Counted from the whole stretch's first letter, positions 52,917 to 63,127 are shown. The stretch is 63,302 nucleotides of DNA, filler included, from an uncultured Planctomycetaceae bacterium (GCA_963976765.1; 6 parts of 6 records of this genome joined end to end with filler, not necessarily neighbours in it); one strand, 5' to 3'. Numbers and translations: made by a program. Notes: generated by a model from the sequence alone, not told the origin.

Positions 52917-55900
52917 ATGATTGCAGAGCGAACTTGCAGAAGAGTTCTCGTAGCGCAGATCATTGTCGCTTTGCTTCCAACGGCGGTCGTAGGATACGGA
53001 CTTCTGGCAGGCAGAACGACTGCGTCCATGCGCAGGGCCGCGACGCTGGTGGTCGATAAACAGTATGCGAACGCACTGCGAATCCTGGAAGAGATGCCTC
53101 AGGCAGTTCAAGAACTGGCCACGTCGCAACTCTTAGCAGCGCGGGCGACCGCAGGTCTGGGCGACAGTGATAGAGCACTCAAACTTTACCAACAGATTCG
53201 TCCGTCTGACCCCGTGATTCAGTTGGAAGTTGCCTACGGAATCGGTTCGAGGTTGAATGCGTTGGGGCAAATGCAGAATGCTGAGCCCTGGCTTCGTGAA
53301 GTGTTACGCTTGAATCCAAGGCACAAAGGCACATTGCGGATCCTCTCCCGCGCATTGCAGCTGCAAGGTCGAGTCTGGGAATCACAATCGCTGATCTGGC
53401 AACTCGTTGTCCAGGACAGCTTCAAAGGCGACGATCTGCACATGCTGGGAACGGCTCAAGAGTTTCTTGCCGACCACTCTCTCGTCGAACGTTCCAGACG
53501 ACTTGCCCCCGATGACCCGCTTCCTCAACTGGGACGTGCAAGACAGATGCTGATGCGCAATCAATTGGAGCAATCAGAAAAGCTCCTGCGTGAAATTATC
53601 CCGGCTGCATCATCCGTCTCTGAAGCAACTGTTGCGTTGGGACGAATCCTGCTGGAACGAGGCGATGAAACTTCGTTTCTGGATTGGCATGAGCAACTAG
53701 GCGAAGTTCACGACACACACCCCGATTTGTGGCTTTTGCGAGGACTATGGTTACGAAAACGTGGACATTACGAGTATGCAGCCAGATGCTTTTGGGAAGC
53801 GATCGAGCGGATGCCGAATCATGTTGAAGCGTCATACCAAATGTCGCAGGTTCTTTCGACACTGGGATATCGTAATGCTGCCGAGAACATTGGCTTGAGG
53901 TCTCGCAAGCTGGCTCAACTCGAACTCTCACTGGCTGAGTTTCGAGGTGACCCGACAGTGCCAGTTATGCGACAAATTATCGTCCAACTCGCAGAGCTTG
54001 GTCGTTACTGGGAAGCTGCAGCGTATTGCTGCCTGGCGAATCGAGGGATGCCGCAGGCAGCAAGTTGGGCGCGTGCCGATCTTGGCAAATACGTCAGCGC
54101 ACTAAGAAATGATCGGTCAATTACAATTAGTGAATGCCGACCACCGATAATCTTCAGCATTCCACGCGACAACTTCCCGCTTCCTGATAAAACGCACTTT
54201 AAGCAATCTGAGACCTTGGAATCTGCTGACCACGGTGGAGTGCTCACAGCGCGGAGCCCGGTCCGCTTCATAGAGAATGCAAGGGACGTGGGCTTCGATT
54301 TTACGTTCTACAACGGATCCGTTACGGCCAAAGGCCTGGAACACATTTTCGAAACGACCGGAGGCGGGATTGCCGTACTCGACTTTGACGCGGACCTTTA
54401 TCCTGACATCTGGTCCGCGCAGGGAAGTGATATCTGGACTGACTCTCAGGATCGAACTGACCTCGACCAGATATTCCGAAATATCGATGGCAAACATTTC
54501 GTGAATACGACCCAGTCGTCGGCTGTGCGGGAAGATCGGTTCTCGCAAGGCGTTGCTGCTGGAGATATTGACAACGACGGTTTTCCCGATGTCTACGTCG
54601 CAAACCAGGGAGTGAATCGGCTTTATCTGAATAATGGCGATGGAACCTTTTCGGAAATAACAGCACAATCGGGGCTGTCAGGAAAAGTCTGGTCCATGAG
54701 CGCCGCGATTGTCGACTTGAACCAGGATTCGATTCCCGACATTTACGAAGTTAACTATCTCCAGATTGAGTCTGTTCTCAATCGCCGATGCAAGAGTAAC
54801 GGTCAGCCGCTGACCTGTGCTCCTACCCTGTTCGCCGCAGAGCAGGATCGCCTCTGGCTGGGAAATGGCGACGGCACTTTTACGGACCATTCGGCCCCTT
54901 CGGGAATCGTTCAACCGGAAGGAAAGGGCCTGGGGCTCGTCGCAGCAGACTTTGACGGGACGGGACGAATCAGTGTGTTTGTCGGAAACGATACAACAAA
55001 CAACTTTTTCTTTCGCAACGTCACGCCGCCACCGGGAATGCATCCCCAGTTTGAAGAACAGGGGCTGATTTCCGGACTGGCTGCTGATGGCGAAGGGCGT
55101 GCTCAGGCAACCATGGGAATTGCGTTCGGTGATGCTGACTCCGACGGTCTGCAGGACGTCTTTACAACCAACTTTTACGCCGATCCTAATTCACTGTTGC
55201 TGCAGCAAAGTGATGCTTACTTCGTCGACCGTTCACGTGACTCAGGGATCTACGATTCAGGGTACAACCTTCTAGGATTTGGTTCGCAGTTCCTTGATGC
55301 CGATCTCGATGGTCGACCGGATCTGCTTGTGACGAACGGTCATGTTGATCGAACGTCTGCTACTGGAGAACCTGACAAAATGCCCCCGCAGTTCTTTTGG
55401 AATATTGGGTCAGGAAAATTTGTCGAGCCTGAACCTGCTCGCACTGGCCCATTCTTTGTTCATAAAGTTCTTGGTCGAGCACTTTCAATACTAGACTGGA
55501 ACTGCGATGGCTTGCAGGACGCAGCAGTTTCACATCTGTATGAATCTGCGGCACTGCTTACAAATTCAACCAGCAAAGTGTCTGGAAGTCTGATAATTTC
55601 GCTGGTCGACGACTTATCCGAACGAGATGCGAATGGCGTCACAGTAACAGTTGCTCAGGGGCCTGACTGGCCCGTTCAGACAAAGCAGCTGTGCGCTGGT
55701 AATGGATACCTCAGCACTAACGAGCGAATACTCGTCTTCGCACTTCGGACGGATTCAGAATCTGTCGTTATTTCGGTTAAATGGCCAGACTGTTTGAAAC
55801 AGGATTACGAATACAAGATCAAAACTCGAACAGACAGGCTGCGGATAATTCGCGGTGAAACAAATCGACTCTTCAGTTTGCCTTGCCCGACTACAGTACC

Positions 55901-55934
55901 AGGTGGTACCGGTTTCGTTGAACTGGAACGCTAA
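52917..55934 (+). CDS. TPR + CRTAC1/ASPIC-UnbV-like FG-GAP fusion protein
   Basis: N-terminal TM and TPRs, ETTGGGIAVLDFD, DxDxDG repeats, AGNGYLSTNE...WPD. GGAGG SD upstream. Confidence 0.88.
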   Translation: MIAERTCRRVLVAQIIVALLPTAVVGYGLLAGRTTASMRRAATLVVDKQYANALRILEEMPQAVQELATSQLLAARATAGLGDSDRALKLYQQIRPSDPVIQLEVAYGIGSRLNALGQMQNAEPWLREVLRLNPRHKGTLRILSRALQLQGRVWESQSLIWQLVVQDSFKGDDLHMLGTAQEFLADHSLVERSRRLAPDDPLPQLGRARQMLMRNQLEQSEKLLREIIPAASSVSEATVALGRILLERGDETSFLDWHEQLGEVHDTHPDLWLLRGLWLRKRGHYEYAARCFWEAIERMPNHVEASYQMSQVLSTLGYRNAAENIGLRSRKLAQLELSLAEFRGDPTVPVMRQIIVQLAELGRYWEAAAYCCLANRGMPQAASWARADLGKYVSALRNDRSITISECRPPIIFSIPRDNFPLPDKTHFKQSETLESADHGGVLTARSPVRFIENARDVGFDFTFYNGSVTAKGLEHIFETTGGGIAVLDFDADLYPDIWSAQGSDIWTDSQDRTDLDQIFRNIDGKHFVNTTQSSAVREDRFSQGVAAGDIDNDGFPDVYVANQGVNRLYLNNGDGTFSEITAQSGLSGKVWSMSAAIVDLNQDSIPDIYEVNYLQIESVLNRRCKSNGQPLTCAPTLFAAEQDRLWLGNGDGTFTDHSAPSGIVQPEGKGLGLVAADFDGTGRISVFVGNDTTNNFFFRNVTPPPGMHPQFEEQGLISGLAADGEGRAQATMGIAFGDADSDGLQDVFTTNFYADPNSLLLQQSDAYFVDRSRDSGIYDSGYNLLGFGSQFLDADLDGRPDLLVTNGHVDRTSATGEPDKMPPQFFWNIGSGKFVEPEPARTGPFFVHKVLGRALSILDWNCDGLQDAAVSHLYESAALLTNSTSKVSGSLIISLVDDLSERDANGVTVTVAQGPDWPVQTKQLCAGNGYLSTNERILVFALRTDSESVVISVKWPDCLKQDYEYKIKTRTDRLRIIRGETNRLFSLPCPTTVPGGTGFVELER

Positions 55935-56066
55935 AGATTGACGAAACTCGTGTGACGACTCAAATTAACGCCTCTTGATTTGTGCATCGATGCGCAGTTT
56001 ACTGTGGAAAATCGGCTCATCCGGTAAGTCGGGGCTGTTGGTTGTGAAGAGCGGACATGCTGATTT

Positions 56067-56166
56067 NNNNNNNNNNNNNNNNNNNNNNNNNNNNNNNNNN
56101 NNNNNNNNNNTTAATTAATTAANNNNNNNNNNNNNNNNNNNNNNNNNNNNNNNNNNNNNNNNNNNN
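56067..56166. other. Artificial contig linker
   Basis: N44-TTAATTAATTAA-N44. Confidence 0.98.
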
Positions 56167-56310
56167 TAATAACATGTGTGACAAAGTACCGTCGACACAC
56201 TGGCGTGTCTTTGTTTTGTGTGAGGCTGCAAAATTTACTCAGGTCCATTTGTGTGTCGTTGTTGACTATATGTCGTGAAAAAAAATATGTGGTAGAAAGC
56301 AAAACTCACG

Positions 56311-56613
56311 ATGCGGTATCGCAAGCCGCCCCCTGCTGAAGCAGCAGCAATAATGAACTCGAACCGACAAGTTATGAACATGCAGGATGCCGAGCCCACT
56401 CCTCTGCATTTCGAGGAGGACAGTCGCAAGATGTTGCCTCGCGCTCCTCAATTGAACGAAATGGCGTTCTTCAGAAACGTAGCAAATCACGACGGACCTG
56501 CAGTCTCACCTGCGAACGCTGGGCCTGGCTTGCGTGGTTGCCACATGAGTCTCGTGAGCGATGTGCCAGTGACTCACCGTTTGCCCTACTATCACCAGAC
56601 ATTCGACGACTAA
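56311..56613 (+). CDS. Hypothetical viral protein
   Basis: 100-aa ATG ORF after an A-rich leader, convergent with the capsid gene across a T10 tract. Confidence 0.5.
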   Translation: MRYRKPPPAEAAAIMNSNRQVMNMQDAEPTPLHFEEDSRKMLPRAPQLNEMAFFRNVANHDGPAVSPANAGPGLRGCHMSLVSDVPVTHRLPYYHQTFDD

Positions 56614-56635
56614 TTCGTCTACGTTTTTTTTTTGC

Positions 56636-58063
56636 TCACGTCACTATGGAGACGCTTCTCCCAACGCTTATACGCATCTCTGACGAGAGCTCCGCCACGA
56701 TGAACGAGTCCCAAGACGGAGTCGAGCCGATATCGAAATTGCCCCCGGTCAGAAGCGTAGAATTTATCTGGGCTCCGCGGCAGTCGATTCCCGAAGCCAC
56801 ACGGTGTGAGTCGCTGCCAGGGAGTGAGAAGCTGAAGCAGTTCACGAAGTCGGTAGTAAGGCGCGCCAGCTGAGTGGTGTCGGTCGGCAACTTGACCCCT
56901 GTTGCCAGTTCGGTGATAGCGCCAACTTGTGCAGCACCCACTGGAGCTTGTGGAAGAAAACTGTTATTTATCGAGCACTGGACGGTCAATTCTTTCGAAG
57001 GGAGGCCAAAGGTCTCAAATGCACCAACGTATCGCTCCTTACCGGATCCAAACTTCGACGCCTGGCGTGTCGCGTCCACGAGGTAGCCAGGGCACAGGTT
57101 GGGCGAGTTGATGGTCGTCGAGTTCTTCAGCATAGGTCTGGTCCCGGCTGCGCCAGCTTCCGACGGCCCCGCGTAGAGGAACCCAAACATGATTTTATCG
57201 AGAGAGCGAGAGCTGAGCTGAAACTTGCTCGATCCGGTATGCGACTGCCGAAACGACAGGTAGTTTTTGAACCCAACACTCAAAAACCCTTGGCTCTGTA
57301 GCTGATCGCTGAGAAGCACGTCATACTCCGACGATGCAAAACTGATCGCCGTCATGGTCGCTGTCAGGTTGTTTATTTCGTATGAGGCAGAAAGCCCAGT
57401 TGTGGGTGTATCGAATTCGACTGGATCAGCATTTGCGGCGTACATACCCGCCGATGGGAGGGAGTTGTTGGTGGATGCGGTCAATACAGAATTGGGTGCG
57501 CACGTGAGACGAACCTGGATTTGGTTGAGCAACGAAGCGTCGAGGTACCTCGGTTCGCAGGTGCTTAAGAAATTGCAAGTCAGCTCAACGACGTAGGGAA
57601 CCGAAGCGGTCGTCAGTACAGCTGAGCCCGACGCGGCGTCGGTGCCGATCGACGCCTCTGCGGCAGTGGCGCCGAGAGCCACGGTGGAGAAATCTCCAAC
57701 ATTGCGGATGATGTCCGGATGAGCGGTGACTGAAGCAGACGAGCCGTAGAGCCTATCCTTCATTGAAATAAGCAAAGAATGAGAGTTATTAGTGGCTGAG
57801 ACGCTCTGGCCGCCTACCAAAATTTCGACGCGGCTGAAGAGCTTTTGCAGGTCGGCTGGTGCGCGAGCTGCGGCGGTAGATGTGATAGACAGGTTGAAGG
57901 CCAGTCGCAGCGACCGTGCGTCGATAATACTGGAACTGGGCAGTGACAGGATAATTTGATCGTTCGAAACGATGTTTGAGTTTTTCCCGGAAACCGGCAC
58001 ACTAAAAGTGTTCGTTGAGAACCCGGCGAGCCGTGAGGAGAAGTAATTCAGGCTCGAGTTCAT
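56636..58063 (-). CDS. Major capsid protein, double jelly-roll (PLV type)
   Basis: 475 aa and beta-rich. NYFSSRLAGFSTNTF, IILSLPSSSIIDARSLRLAFN, LFSRVEILVGGQ, SSRSLDKI, SGIDCRG. ATG in AAAAACAACACCATG context. Confidence 0.78.
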   Translation of the reverse strand: MNSSLNYFSSRLAGFSTNTFSVPVSGKNSNIVSNDQIILSLPSSSIIDARSLRLAFNLSITSTAAARAPADLQKLFSRVEILVGGQSVSATNNSHSLLISMKDRLYGSSASVTAHPDIIRNVGDFSTVALGATAAEASIGTDAASGSAVLTTASVPYVVELTCNFLSTCEPRYLDASLLNQIQVRLTCAPNSVLTASTNNSLPSAGMYAANADPVEFDTPTTGLSASYEINNLTATMTAISFASSEYDVLLSDQLQSQGFLSVGFKNYLSFRQSHTGSSKFQLSSRSLDKIMFGFLYAGPSEAGAAGTRPMLKNSTTINSPNLCPGYLVDATRQASKFGSGKERYVGAFETFGLPSKELTVQCSINNSFLPQAPVGAAQVGAITELATGVKLPTDTTQLARLTTDFVNCFSFSLPGSDSHRVASGIDCRGAQINSTLLTGGNFDIGSTPSWDSFIVAELSSEMRISVGRSVSIVT

Positions 58064-58117
58064 GGTGTTGTTTTTAATAAGCCGCAACAAAAAAAAAACT
58101 GCTGTGTTGTGTATTTT

Positions 58118-59509
58118 TTATATTCCGCGGCGCGCAAGTCGAGTGGTAACATTGTCAACGTGCGTGTCTTTTCCGTGACTCAGAAAAGCAGTCGGAGCCG
58201 ACACGAAGCGAGCGGGCACGTCGTCGTCTACGAATTGGTCCTCCGGTGTCGCGATCACCGCCTTCTGTATCACCGACAGTCGGAGCATGCACTTAAAGGA
58301 GATGTTCGTAACGTAAAAACTTAGACTGTAGGCATTTGAGCGCCACTGGGTCTGCGCGTACTCGTTTGTTAGAAATAACTCGAGCTGGTGAATCGATCGC
58401 TGATTGTAGTCGATACTAAAAATGGGATCGCCGTCTGCCTGATAATAGATGTTGTCCTTCTGAGCAGGGATTGCTGCCAAAATCGTGCTCGGCTGGATGA
58501 CACTTGGATCGGTCGCTGTGTCGCTAGCCATATTTGCCGTCGAATACGAATTTCCAGTCAAACTGGTCCGCAGATACACGAGCGGACTCGGATCGAGTTG
58601 CATAGGACACCTAGAGCTGATCAGTAAGGTAAAGGTGTCGTTTTCTGTCGTCGTCGTAGAGAATGTGTATCTGCCATTGAAACTACCCAACGCAAGGGGG
58701 CTATCCGAATCTGGAGCGGTGCCTAGCCCGCTACTCATGCGACTTGCAGTTTCGAGGTAACTCATGTCGCTTGTGACGGGCGAACTCGTAGCTCCGCAAG
58801 TCAAGTACGTGTTATTTGCATTTGAAAATATGAAGCCGAAGGAACGAGCGTCTGTCGAGTTGTCGAAAATAACAGGAAAGCTTCCGCTCTTCTTTTGAAT
58901 GCGAATCACGCATGTCAACATCTTCTCGCCCGACTGTCTGTACTCTCCCAGAGTGTCGAGGGTGACTGGGAATGGCGGTACGAACGTCAGGGGTGCGTTG
59001 TTCGTCCCTCCTCCGAGGGCTCCGATGGCAGTGAGCTGCGTTGCCCCTTCTATCCCGTACGTTGGGCCTCCACCGCCAAGCCTTGTTATGCTGTACTCGT
59101 AATCGGCCGCTGGATACACGAGAGCGAGATTTGTGACGGCAGCGTTGGCAATATCGAGGGTCACTTGAGCATAATTTTCGTACCGGGCTGACAGCAACGT
59201 ACAATTCGCCAGCACCCCTGCAGGCAGGAGAGAGCGATTCGTAAAAGTGGCAGCGGGCGTGATCTCTGATCCGAAGTACATGAAGAACAAATTAGCTGGC
59301 GCTAGATGGCGATCGAAAACATTGCTTGATGAGAATTGTAGGAGACTTAGCCGTAGAAACTGCCCGTCGTGAGCATGCGCGGATTCTCCTAGAGTGTCGA
59401 GGTCTAATCGTATGATTCCATCGTCGCTGATAGCGAACGGGCTCCGTGAGCGATTGTTCGAGTTGACAAAAATGTGGCGTCGACTGACTTCGAATTCGGC
59501 GCGACTCAT
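58118..59509 (-). CDS. Minor capsid protein (penton, single jelly-roll with insertion)
   Basis: HIFVNS..R, DGQFLRLSLLQF, PLVYLRTSL, STILAAIP, IHQLELFLTNEY. Adjacent to the MCP. Confidence 0.72.
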   Translation of the reverse strand: MSRAEFEVSRRHIFVNSNNRSRSPFAISDDGIIRLDLDTLGESAHAHDGQFLRLSLLQFSSSNVFDRHLAPANLFFMYFGSEITPAATFTNRSLLPAGVLANCTLLSARYENYAQVTLDIANAAVTNLALVYPAADYEYSITRLGGGGPTYGIEGATQLTAIGALGGGTNNAPLTFVPPFPVTLDTLGEYRQSGEKMLTCVIRIQKKSGSFPVIFDNSTDARSFGFIFSNANNTYLTCGATSSPVTSDMSYLETASRMSSGLGTAPDSDSPLALGSFNGRYTFSTTTTENDTFTLLISSRCPMQLDPSPLVYLRTSLTGNSYSTANMASDTATDPSVIQPSTILAAIPAQKDNIYYQADGDPIFSIDYNQRSIHQLELFLTNEYAQTQWRSNAYSLSFYVTNISFKCMLRLSVIQKAVIATPEDQFVDDDVPARFVSAPTAFLSHGKDTHVDNVTTRLARRGI

Positions 59510-59754
59510 TGTGTTTCTTCTTGTTCATCATTTTTTTTTTCAGCAAACAGTTCACCATTGTTCACCATGTCGCGGCACTCTTGCTCTGTTCTTTTGTGCA
59601 AGAAATTCCACAGCATCTCAACCCACTGAGGTGGCACGTCTGGGTGCTTGGCCACCTGCTGGTCGACGGCTTCCTTTCGTTCTTGCAGTTCCATGTTTGT
59701 CAAATTCAGGGGATTTTCTTCGACATGTCTCTGCAGCCCCTCGATGTCAAACAT
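59506..59754 (-). CDS. Small helical viral protein
   Basis: NPLNLT..E..ERK.A.....HPDVPPQWVEMLWNF. Its stop overlaps the penton ATG (ATGA). Confidence 0.7.
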   Translation of the reverse strand: MFDIEGLQRHVEENPLNLTNMELQERKEAVDQQVAKHPDVPPQWVEMLWNFLHKRTEQECRDMVNNGELFAEKKNDEQEETQ

Positions 59755-59790
59755 GGACCTCGATGATGTTTTTGTATGGACGCAATATTT

Positions 59791-62214
59791 TTATCGTTGT
59801 CGTTTCCTGCGCACCTCGTCGTACGGGTCATTCAGCGCACTAGGCTCGGTCTGCATCATCGTCGCGATCGAAGAGCCCATTGAGCGTGACGAAGAGCCCA
59901 TTGAATCGCGCGCGCTTGTCATCGACAGTCTCATATCGCTCGTACCCGAGGTTCTGCGCGACGGCTCGAGTAGCTGACGGAGACCGCGCCTCTCTGCATG
60001 ATCACGTTTAATTTGATCGATCGCCGCCCGATCGGCTTGCGTCTGGCGTTCGAATGCCATGGCGTCGCCTGCGTTTGCCTTGTTGATTTCGATTATGCCA
60101 GAGAGCGTATTGATCGTCTGATTTTTGCTCGTGATGGCACCTTGTTGCTGGCGTAGCAGATCGCGCAACGTTTCTGCGTCCGACGCGAGAGTCTCGCGTT
60201 CCCCCTGGGTCGCTTCGATTGCACGCTGGGCCGCCGTTTCGGCTGCAGTCTCTCCCGCTTTTGCTAGTTCGTAACGATTGTACGTTTCTTCGGCACGAGA
60301 TCTCAACAGTTCGCGATCGGCCTCTGCGTTTGCGAGCGCCGCGTCGGCCAATTGACGATCGCGCATGCGGCCTTCGCGTTCGAGACTGACGGCGGTTTGT
60401 CCTTGCAGTCGCATCTGTTCTGTTGCCGCGTTGATCTCACGTTGCGCTCGTTGGCGTAACTCAACAAGTTCCTGTTCCGCCAGTGCGCGTATACGAGCGG
60501 CTTCCGACACATTTTGCTGCATCACGCGTTCGGCGGCCGCAACCGAGCTTGCCATCACGAGACGCTCTGCGTCGCGTTCCGCGTCGCGTTCCGCTCGCTC
60601 TTGTTGTGCGAGTGCCAACCGATCAGCCGCAACTCCCCTCATGCGCGTTGTTTCTTCTGTCGCGAAATTTGCACGCGTCTGAGCGTCTTGCGCCTCTTCG
60701 CGAAGAACAGACTGTTGATTGAGCAGATCTTCTCTTTCTACAGCCCTTTCGCGGTTGGCAGCGGCGACATCTCTGCGACTTTGATTCATCGTGTCGATCA
60801 GCTGGACCTCCATTAATCGGGCGTTCTCTGACGCTTCTTCCTTCTCGCGTAAGGCAGCCTCCATCTCCCGAATCGTGAGATTACGATTGGACTCAGCTGA
60901 CTGTTGTGCGCGCGTCGCAACCTGGAGTTCACGTTCGGCTATCGTTTGCAACCGTACGGTCTCTTCCAGATCCTGCCGCAATGCCTGTTCGCGCAGAGCC
61001 GACTCGATTTCCACTCTTGCCACGCGTTCTCGCAACGCTGCGTCGGGTCCAAAGCTGTACGGCACATCGCCTGTTTGGGGGTCGCGGTCCGAGTTGGTGG
61101 ATGCTTGAGCAGGCGCGGGTGCTGGCGCGGGTGCTGGTGCGGGTGCGGGTGCGGGTGCTTGAGCTGGCGCTTGAGCTGGCGCGGGTGCTGGGGTGGGTGC
61201 TGATGCGGGTGCTGATGCGGGTACTGATGCCGCAGCGCCTTGATCCGACTCGAATGTTTCGAAAGCCGCGGGTTCGCCAAATGCCCAGTGTGACTCGATC
61301 GTAGGGGAGGGTGCTCGAGTAGACGAGTTGCCAGTGGTTCCAGCGTCGGTGTACTCTGAAGAACGTGAGGTGCTTCCCGACGCCATGGACGAAGAGTTCG
61401 TGGACGATTGAGTGGACGATTGAGTGGAGTTGAACATGGACGATCCGGTTGAAGCAAGTGACGGAGTGCTGCCAGCAGAGCTGCTGGAAGAGCTACCAGG
61501 TGGCAGATTGGGGCCGAGTTGCTGCGGTGTCAGCCCCGTTCGCTCACTTGCGCTCCTGGCCACTGGACCTACGGCTCTGGGGTTTTTTTTTTTTTGCATC
61601 AAAGGTCCTGCACTCGGAACCATCATGGATTTGCGTAATGTCTCTCTCCCCTGCAACAGAGGGTCGTAGTACTGCGCGATCTGCTGCTTAGCGCCAGCGA
61701 ATTGACCGTCCACGTCTTCTTCCATCGTGTTTTTGCGATACAAACGTTGTTGCACATCTGCAAACTGCGTCTCAATTCCCCCAACATCCAATTCGTCGTC
61801 ATCGTAGACGGCGGCTTTGTCGTCTAGCCTCCGGCGGCGTGTTTTCGATTGTGCCATGGTTTTGAGTGACGTTCGTTGCAGGTCTTCGACGAGCGCCGAC
61901 TCGCGCAGCTTCAGTGGAGCCAAAATGCCAAGATTTGAAGACGCCGCATTTGCGGTACGCAGCATATCGTTCTGAACACGGGTCGTCTGTGCAATGCGCT
62001 GCTCGCCACCGAGTTTGGTGTCAAACAATGCCGCGTCGTGAGCAATAATGTTCATAGGCTGATCCACGTCTCTCACTTTGTTGACACGAACAAATGGACG
62101 CGCATGCTTCTTCTCAAACTTGTGCAACGTGGATATTGGAAGCGGCACATAGGCAGCTTGGTAAGTAGCGCGGATGAAATCGTCCGAGCTTTTGCGCATG
62201 TTTGCTTTTTTCAT
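59791..62214 (-). CDS. Large low-complexity / coiled-coil viral protein
   Basis: 807 aa with a Ser-rich block, (PA)n linker, ~330-aa A/E/R/Q-rich helix and basic C-terminus RRKRQR. Confidence 0.75.
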   Translation of the reverse strand: MKKANMRKSSDDFIRATYQAAYVPLPISTLHKFEKKHARPFVRVNKVRDVDQPMNIIAHDAALFDTKLGGEQRIAQTTRVQNDMLRTANAASSNLGILAPLKLRESALVEDLQRTSLKTMAQSKTRRRRLDDKAAVYDDDELDVGGIETQFADVQQRLYRKNTMEEDVDGQFAGAKQQIAQYYDPLLQGRETLRKSMMVPSAGPLMQKKKNPRAVGPVARSASERTGLTPQQLGPNLPPGSSSSSSAGSTPSLASTGSSMFNSTQSSTQSSTNSSSMASGSTSRSSEYTDAGTTGNSSTRAPSPTIESHWAFGEPAAFETFESDQGAAASVPASAPASAPTPAPAPAQAPAQAPAPAPAPAPAPAPAPAQASTNSDRDPQTGDVPYSFGPDAALRERVARVEIESALREQALRQDLEETVRLQTIAERELQVATRAQQSAESNRNLTIREMEAALREKEEASENARLMEVQLIDTMNQSRRDVAAANRERAVEREDLLNQQSVLREEAQDAQTRANFATEETTRMRGVAADRLALAQQERAERDAERDAERLVMASSVAAAERVMQQNVSEAARIRALAEQELVELRQRAQREINAATEQMRLQGQTAVSLEREGRMRDRQLADAALANAEADRELLRSRAEETYNRYELAKAGETAAETAAQRAIEATQGERETLASDAETLRDLLRQQQGAITSKNQTINTLSGIIEINKANAGDAMAFERQTQADRAAIDQIKRDHAERRGLRQLLEPSRRTSGTSDMRLSMTSARDSMGSSSRSMGSSIATMMQTEPSALNDPYDEVRRKRQR

Positions 62215-62236
62215 TAAACAATATATTTATTTTCTC

Positions 62237-63127
62237 TCATTCCTTCATCGGAAATCGAAAGATGAAAGGCGTGGGGTCGAGGTACTGGTCCATACAAATG
62301 CGGTAACGTTTATATTCTTCTTTTGGCGAAAAATCGATTGTGATGAACGAATGACGCTCTGCTGTTGCAGTACGGAACATGGAAAGAAAGGCTTCGAAGC
62401 TCAGACCTGGTAGGTCGGCCTCGCTCCATACCTTCTTGATCTGTTCGATCTGGCTCATGGCGAAGAGACAAAGCACTGTTAGCTGTTCTCTCACGGGCCT
62501 AGGAAGTGATTCGCGCGAACTGTAGCTCTGTAGCAGCATGTGAACGCTAATGCCAAGCCCACCAGCCCAGTGGCGATGCGCGATCAAATAACGCGTCAAT
62601 TTCGCTGATGGTAAAACCATGAGGTCTTCCCCCATACAGTCGTCAAGTACAACGCAGCAGCGTGGAGGGACAGCTTTCTTGTACGGCCATTTTGGCTTGC
62701 TGAGATCCAGGCTATTGCGAGTTGTAAGGTGCTTAAAGAAGTTCGTCTCTCCCTTTTCTGTTTTGTTGAATTGCTTGTATGCTTTCATTTGAGATAGATA
62801 TGTATCCCACTGTTTCTTTTCTTCTTCCAGCTTTACGATAACCTGGGCAAAGGCGTGCTTCGTAGGCAGAATGACGTCGTCGTCGTCGATGCCTGCAATG
62901 TTCTGCCAAATTTCTCTGTTTGACTCAAAAGTGCCACAAATCAACCAGCAGCGGTCGTAATACCCCCTTTTCTTAGCGATCGCAATCTGAGATGCGCATG
63001 CGACGCTTTTTCCCGACCCTCGTTTCCCAGACCAGCACGTTAGAGTGTGTAGCTTTGGGAAGTGCTCATCGGTTTCTATGGTGAAGGCGTCTTTCTTTGG
63101 CGGAATCACTTTGAGGTCGGACAGCAT
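62237..63127 (-). CDS. A32-like (FtsK/HerA) genome-packaging ATPase
   Basis: Walker A GKRGSGKS, Walker B CVVLDD, HRH arginine-finger motif, LLQ sensor, LPRPVREQ, HSFITID. Likely ATG at 63127. Confidence 0.85.
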   Translation of the reverse strand: MLSDLKVIPPKKDAFTIETDEHFPKLHTLTCWSGKRGSGKSVACASQIAIAKKRGYYDRCWLICGTFESNREIWQNIAGIDDDDVILPTKHAFAQVIVKLEEEKKQWDTYLSQMKAYKQFNKTEKGETNFFKHLTTRNSLDLSKPKWPYKKAVPPRCCVVLDDCMGEDLMVLPSAKLTRYLIAHRHWAGGLGISVHMLLQSYSSRESLPRPVREQLTVLCLFAMSQIEQIKKVWSEADLPGLSFEAFLSMFRTATAERHSFITIDFSPKEEYKRYRICMDQYLDPTPFIFRFPMKE

